64,000 bases of DNA. It comes from Emiliania huxleyi CCMP1516 (Eukaryota). The position numbers were made by a program, and so were the translations under genes. Below are positions 58,225 to 64,000 of the stretch, in pieces (the stretch's first letter is position 1; the number at the start of each line of letters is the position of its first letter). The notes beneath the pieces are model-generated. The model ran no database searches and was not told where the DNA came from. It was given only the letters and a program-made list of their open reading frames with translations. The stretch covers positions 62,001 to 126,000 of the forward strand of contig NW_005202237.1 in NCBI RefSeq assembly GCF_000372725.1, written 5' to 3'.

Positions 58225-58589
58225 TGTTTCTCTTTTAGAGATTGTCGAGGGGACGCCGGCCTGAGACCTCATTCTTAATTAAGGACTGGCTCGCACACGC
58301 ACTCTTCCTCGGTGCTAAGACCTAAGAGTCAGTCAGGCCACCGGGAAGGGAAAAAGAAAGAAAATCCCGCGGGATGCACGGGAGAACGGGCACGCGCGCC
58401 ACCAAGCAGGATTGTACGGAAAGGAATAAAAAATAGAGCAGTCACCTCCAGGAGAGATGGGCGACGCACGAACACAGAGGCACAGTGCGCACCACCCCCG
58501 CACCATCTCCGTTGCTCGGGGTTGCTTAACCTTGCCACCACCGGGAGCGGCCAGGGCTTCATAGACTCGGTCGAGAGACCCCAGATTGG

Positions 58590-59090
58590 CATCCATGCCT
58601 TTCTCCTATTCTCCTCCTTGTCTCGCGCGCGTCTTTTGCGGCCTCATCCCTAGCCGCCTTGCACGCTCTGCATCCCCAAAACGCACTCCTCGTGGCGGGG
58701 CCCCTCATTCCCCGTTTCTTTCCCCCCTCTAGAATACGCCTGTGGTGTGCCCCGTGTGGCACCCCGACCTGTTGTCTCGCCCTGGCCCCCAAGATCGTTT
58801 TGGTCGTCACATTGTGGCCCCTACGTCGTCAAATGTCGCTCGCCTGTCCTTCCCCCCATTCTCACTCACAATCTCATCTTATTGTCCCATGACTTCGCTC
58901 CACAGCCGTCCCGCCACCCCTGCCGTGTGCGATCCCGGCCTCACCGTCTTTCGAAATTGTCCGCACACCCACTCGTGCGCGCTCTGACTCATGTGCAACA
59001 ACAAAACAAAGCCCCAAATGAGTGTTAGAGTTGTTTGGTATTGCTAAAAATCTCACATGTGCCCGTACGTCCGTCGGTCCACTATCTCCC
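58590..59090 (-). mobile_element. R1 internal copy with a nested 60-bp insertion
   Basis: Reverse complement matches ~39150-39610. Insertion 58996-59055 lies between CATGTG duplicates. Confidence 0.75.
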
Positions 59091-59411
59091 TCTTCTCTGT
59101 GTCCTCTGCCGCCTCCCTTCTCGCCGTGTACATGCATGTTCTAGTTCGTACCGCGTCCCGCATCACTTTTGAGAGAGATTTGTCACTTTTGAAAGAAAGA
59201 AAGAAAGAAGACAGACAAGCCACAAACGAGGATAGGGGAGGAGGACAGGGTCCACACCTGCACGAGCAGGATTTTGGAAGGACGATCAGGGGGACAGGTG
59301 GGCTCTCCTGCTCCTGACTTTTGAGGCGTCCTCCCACCTGAAATTTCTTGCACAACGCACAGCTCGTCGGCGGAGCTCGCCGTGATCGCTGTGCCGACCA
59401 CTCTTCGGACG

Positions 59412-62148
59412 ATGCTCCGCTCAAGAGCTCCGCTCTTGCCGAGCCTGCTGCGCTCGCGCCGCGCCTCCTCCACGTCCTCCGCTGCCGCGGCGAGGCTCAT
59501 CGGCCTCGAGGAGCGGCACGGCGCACACAACTATGCGCCGCTGCCAGTGGTCCTCGAGCGCGGGCAGGGCGTCCACGTGTGGGACGTGGACGGCACGCGC
59601 TACCTTGACTTCCTCTCTGCCTACTCGGCGGTCAACCAGGGCCACGCCCACCCGGCGATCCTCGAGGCGCTCCACTCGCAGGCCGCCAAGCTGACGCTCA
59701 CGTCGCGCGCCTTCCACAACTCCGTGCTCGGCGAGTACACGGAGTTCGTGACCGACTTCTTCGGCTTCGACCGCGTGCTCCCCATGAACACGGGCGTCGA
59801 GGGCGGCGAGACCGCCATCAAGCTCGCGCGGCGGTGGGGATACGACGTCAAGGGCGTGCCGGAGAACGAGGCGACGGTGCTCTTTTGCGAGGGCAACTTC
59901 TGGGGCCGCTCGCTCTCGGCCTGCTCGTCGTCGAGCGACCCGAGCTGCCGCAAGGGCTTCGGTCCCTTCATGAGCCACATGGACCTCGTCCCGTATGGCG
60001 ACCTGCAGGCGCTCGACGCGGCGCTGACCGCCAACCCAAACGTGAGCGCCTCCTCAAACCTCCTCTCCCCTCGCTCTGTGACTGCTGTGCCTCTGCGCCG
60101 GCCTCGCGCTCTCCGCCTCACCGCGCCGGGCGCCTGTGGCGGCAGGTGTGCTAACACCCTAACCCTAGCCCTCGGGCGGCAGGTGTGCGGCTTCATGTTT
60201 GAGCCCATCCAGGGCGAGGCGGGCGTGGTTGTGCCGCCGGCCGGGTACCTGCGCGGTGTGCGCGAGCTGTGCACAAAGCACCGCGTGCTGATGATTGCGG
60301 ACGAGGTGCAGACGGGGCTCTGCCGGACGGGGCGCACGCTCGCTGTTTACCACGCGGAGGACGCCGGTGGTGAGTCCTTGTGAATCCGCGGTCACGAGTC
60401 AGGCGCATGCTCGCCGTCGACCACGAGGAGGTGAAGCCCGACCTGCTCGTGCTCGGCAAGGCCCTCTCCGGAGGGGTGTACCCGGTCTCCGCCGTCCTCT
60501 CCTCGCACGAGGTGATGCTCACCATCCGACCCATCATTCATTAGTAATTAGTCACCCTTAATTGTTAATTAACGAGGTGATGCTCACCATCCGACCATCA
60601 TTCATTAGTAATTAGTCACCCTTAATTGTTAATTAACGAGGTGATGCTCACCATCCGACCCATCATTCATTAGTAATTAGTCATCCTTAATTGTTAATTA
60701 ACGAGGTGATGCTCACCATCCGACCCATCATTCATTAGTAATTAGTCATCCTTAATTGTTAATTAACGAGGTGATGCTCACCATCCGACCCATCATTCAT
60801 TAGTAATTAGTCATCCTTAATTGTTAATTAACGAGGTGATGCTCACCATCCGACCATCATTCATTAGTAATTAGTCATCCTTAATTGTTAATTAACGAGG
60901 TGATGCTCACCATCCGACCATCATTCATTAGTAATTAGTCATCCTTAATTGTTAATTAACGAGGTGATGCTCACCATCCGACCCATCATTCATTAGTAAT
61001 TAGTCATCCTTAATTGTTAATTAACGAGGTGATGCTCACCATCCGACCCATCATTCATTAGTAATTAGTCATCCTTAATTGTTAATTAACGAGGTGATGC
61101 TCACCATCCGACCCATCATTCATTAGTAATTAGTCATCCTTAATTGTTAATTAACGAGGTGATGCTCACCATCCGACCCATCATTCATTAGTAATTAGTC
61201 ATCCTTAATTGTTAATTAACGAGGTGACGCTCACCATCCGACCATCATTCATTAGTAATTAGTCATCCTTAATTGTTAATTAACGAGGTGATGCTCACCA
61301 TCCGACCCATCATTCATTAGTAATTAGTCATCCTTAATTGTTAATTAACGAGGTGATGCTCACCATCCGACCCATCATTCATTAGTAATTAGTCATCCTT
61401 AATTGTTAATTAACGAGGTGATGCTCACCATCCGACCCGGCGAGCACGGCTCGACGTACGGAGGCGAGCCGCTCGGGCGGGGGACACGTCCTGGACGCGT
61501 GTCGAGAGGAGGACATGTCGTGGACACGTCGCGTAGGCGACCCGCTCGGGCGGAGGACAAAAGCGGTGTGAACAGCGTCTCTTCACAGCCTGACGCTGTG
61601 AACAGGCAACCCGCTCGGGTGCGCCGTCGCCATCGCGGCGCTCAACGTCTTGCGCGACGAGAAGCTCGCAGAGAACGCCGCGGCCATGGGCGACCTCCTT
61701 CGCGCACGCCTCGAGGCCATCGACTCTCCGGCCATCGCCGCCGTGCGCGGGCGCGGGCTCACCCTCGCGCCTGCAGGCGAGGCTGCGACGGCCCTCCCTC
61801 CCCCCTCACCCCTGCCCCACCCGCCTCGCCTGCAGGCGCGGGCTGCTCAACGCGGTCGTCGTGCGCCCCGACGGCGCAAACGACGCGGGCGCGCTCTGCC
61901 ACGCGCTGATGGGCGCAGGCCTGCTCGCAAAGCCGACGCACGGCGACATCATCCGGCTCGCGCCGCCGCTCGTCATCTCCGAGGAGCAGGTGATGCAGGC
62001 GGCAGACATCATCGAGCGCGAGGCGCGAAACAGCCGGCGGGTTGGGGGGGGGGGCGGGGGGACAGGGGTTCCCCACACCGCACCCCACCCTCCACCGCCG
62101 CAGGTGCACCGCATGTTCGATGAACGGCCGCAGGCGGCAGCCGCGTGA
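59412..62148 (+). CDS. OAT: Ornithine aminotransferase, mitochondrial (6 introns)
   Basis: [77 protein letters not shown]. Confidence 0.95.
60507..61438 (+). repeat. 14 x 64-65 bp tandem array forming OAT intron 60512-61417
   Basis: Unit = ACGAGGTGATGCTCACCATCCGACC(C) (exon sequence) + ATCATTCATTAGTAATTAGTCAYCCTTAATTGTTAATTA. Confidence 0.95.
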
Positions 62149-62561
62149 AGACGCGCGGCACCCGCAATCAAGCCTCGCTCCGGCGGAGGGGCGCGGGGGA
62201 AACCTTAATCTTAATTAAGATACGAGCCCACGACTGTAAGTCGCGGGGCGCGGCGATCGTCATCCGACGATACGCACGTAAGGTCAGATGCCGGAGGCAG
62301 AGGCAGCTGTCCAGCGCGCTAAACCGGAATCGTCTCAGCACATCAACGTAGTAGAAATAGTCTGTTGCATGCCGGTTGGGTTACGGTGGAACGAAAAAGA
62401 ATTACAAGTGTTGACGAAGAAGAAATCGCGCTTACGCCCGACGAGAGACTCACCGCCGGGCCGAGCACTGATCTGATCAGCGCCGATCGTGCCCTCTCTG
62501 ATCAGCACAAGCTTGCGCGTGCCACTAACCAGCGACTTGGAGTTGCGTCTGCTGCACTGAT

Positions 62562-64000
62562 ATGCTCTTGCTGCTGTCGTGCACGAGCTTATCCTCTCTC
62601 CTGGGCGGCGGCGCTCCTTCACGCACGCTCGCAAAGTTTCGCAGTCCAGCGGTGACGCAGCCGCAGGTGCAGCAGGAGGAGCGGCGTCCCTTCGCGACGA
62701 CCCCTGATTCGCGGGTCTGGGTCGAGGGCAGGGACCTCGTCTTCGCCAGCGGAGAGCAGCAGCACGTCCTCCTCCAAGGCGTCTCAAAGTCTCTGAATGG
62801 CGCCGCCTCTCCTCCGGGCTTCTTCTCGCTCTCGACAAAGCGGCAGAGGTCCAAGCACGAGGTCTCCCTCGGCGTGCTGCGGTGCGACCGACTGCTGAGC
62901 GCCGCCCGCACCAAGCGCTGGTGGATGGGGCCGAGCTTCGGCTCCGGCGCCGCAGACGTGCCTGGCGAGACCCAGTTCCTGCTCTGCGAGGTTGGGAGCG
63001 CTTACGCTCTGCTGCTGCCGCTCGTGGAAGGCGGGTTCCGGTGCACGCTGAGCGGGTCGGGCTCCGGCCTCAAGCTGCTCAGCGAGAGCGGCGACGCTCG
63101 CGTCCGGACGAGCGAAGTATCCAACGCCCTCTACGTCGGCGTCGGAGACGACCCGTTCACGCTCGTCGCCGAGAGCATGGCGGCGGTGGCGGAGCGGCTG
63201 GGCACCTTCCAGGTCAAGGCGGCGAAGCGGCCGCCCGCCGACCGCCACCTCTTCGGCTGGTGCACTTGGGACGCCTTTTACCAGAGCGTCGACCCCGCCG
63301 GGATCCAGGCTGGTCTCCGCTCGCTCAGTGGCGGAGGAGCGCCGCCTCGGATGCTCATCTAACCTAACCCTAACCCAAACCCTAACCCTAACCCTAACCC
63401 TAGGAGCGCCGCCTCGGATGCTCATCATCGACGACGGGTGGCAGACGGTGACCTTTCCTAGACCTTTCCTCGACCTTTCCTAGACCTTTCCTCGACCTTT
63501 CCTCGACCTTTCCTCGACCTTTCCTCGACCTTTCCTGGAACCTTCCCGCAGGTGGCGGACGACCCGGGGAGGGCGAGCGGCGGCGCGGGAGGCGGGTCCG
63601 CCGGTGGCGCGTCTGCGGTGGACGCGGCGGCGTCGAGCGGGCTGGCGGCGGGAGAGGCGGCGAGCGAGGCGGCGGCGGGCGGCGCGGCGGCGGCCGGCGC
63701 GGCGGCGGGGGATGACTACGTGGCGGGCGACGAGAGCACCCTCAACAACCCGACCCTCGCCAACGACACGAACGCCGTCGTCGATTGGGTGTGCAACTGG
63801 TACCGCGACCATGTCGACGGCGCCGACAGATCCGGGACATGTCCCGGACATGTCCCCGCACTGTCTCCACAGGTACCGCGACCATGTCGACGGCGCCGAC
63901 CGGGGCGCGATCGCCGTGCGGCTGTGGCGAGGTCTCGCTCTCACACTTCTGCGGCCGACGCTCCAGAGCTTCTTCGCAGAGCAGACCACCTTCTCGAAGC
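62562..64000 (+). CDS. Raffinose synthase/seed-imbibition (GH36 alkaline alpha-galactosidase) family, 3'-partial
   Basis: RTKRWWM, VPGETQFLL, FGWCTWDAFY, PPRMLIIDDGWQ. Introns at ~63337-63403, ~63448-63551 and 63800-63872. Confidence 0.9.
63360..63401. repeat. Interstitial telomeric (TAACCC)n tract inside an intron
   Basis: About 7 units flanked by a 25-bp exon duplication. Confidence 0.9.

Noticed and set aside
60507..61438. CRISPR array
   Set aside because: The apparent spacers are all essentially identical, the repeat is OAT exon sequence, there are no cas genes, and the context is eukaryotic.
63360..63401. True chromosome end
   Set aside because: It is a short internal tract inside a gene that continues on both sides.

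Overview
GC-rich eukaryotic nuclear DNA with short spliceosomal introns (mostly GC-AG donors) and TTAGGG-type telomeric inserts, most consistent with a haptophyte alga such as Emiliania/Gephyrocapsa (inference). About 30 gene models were read by eye, including V-ATPase A, ITPase, DDX27, ornithine aminotransferase (OAT), raffinose synthase/GH36, UFSP, a pseudouridine synthase, a fatty-acid desaturase, GT29, GT34, a sulfotransferase, a TBL/PC-esterase and DUF1336. Two domain fusions stand out: leishmanolysin-tetraspanin and cupin-amino-acid racemase. Intergenic DNA is a mosaic of LINE 3' remnants with (TTTC/TTTA)n tails, tiny retroposons and two TIR/TSD-bounded non-autonomous DNA elements. The strongest signal is that many introns begin with a copy of the start of the following exon, ranging from perfect 25-29 bp duplications to decayed ones. 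The extreme case is a 906-bp OAT intron built from 14 tandem [exon copy + AT-rich filler] units. This points to ongoing duplication-driven intron creation or remodelling and could explain the non-canonical GC/GA donors. There is one 100-N assembly gap. Exon boundaries and identities were counted by hand.
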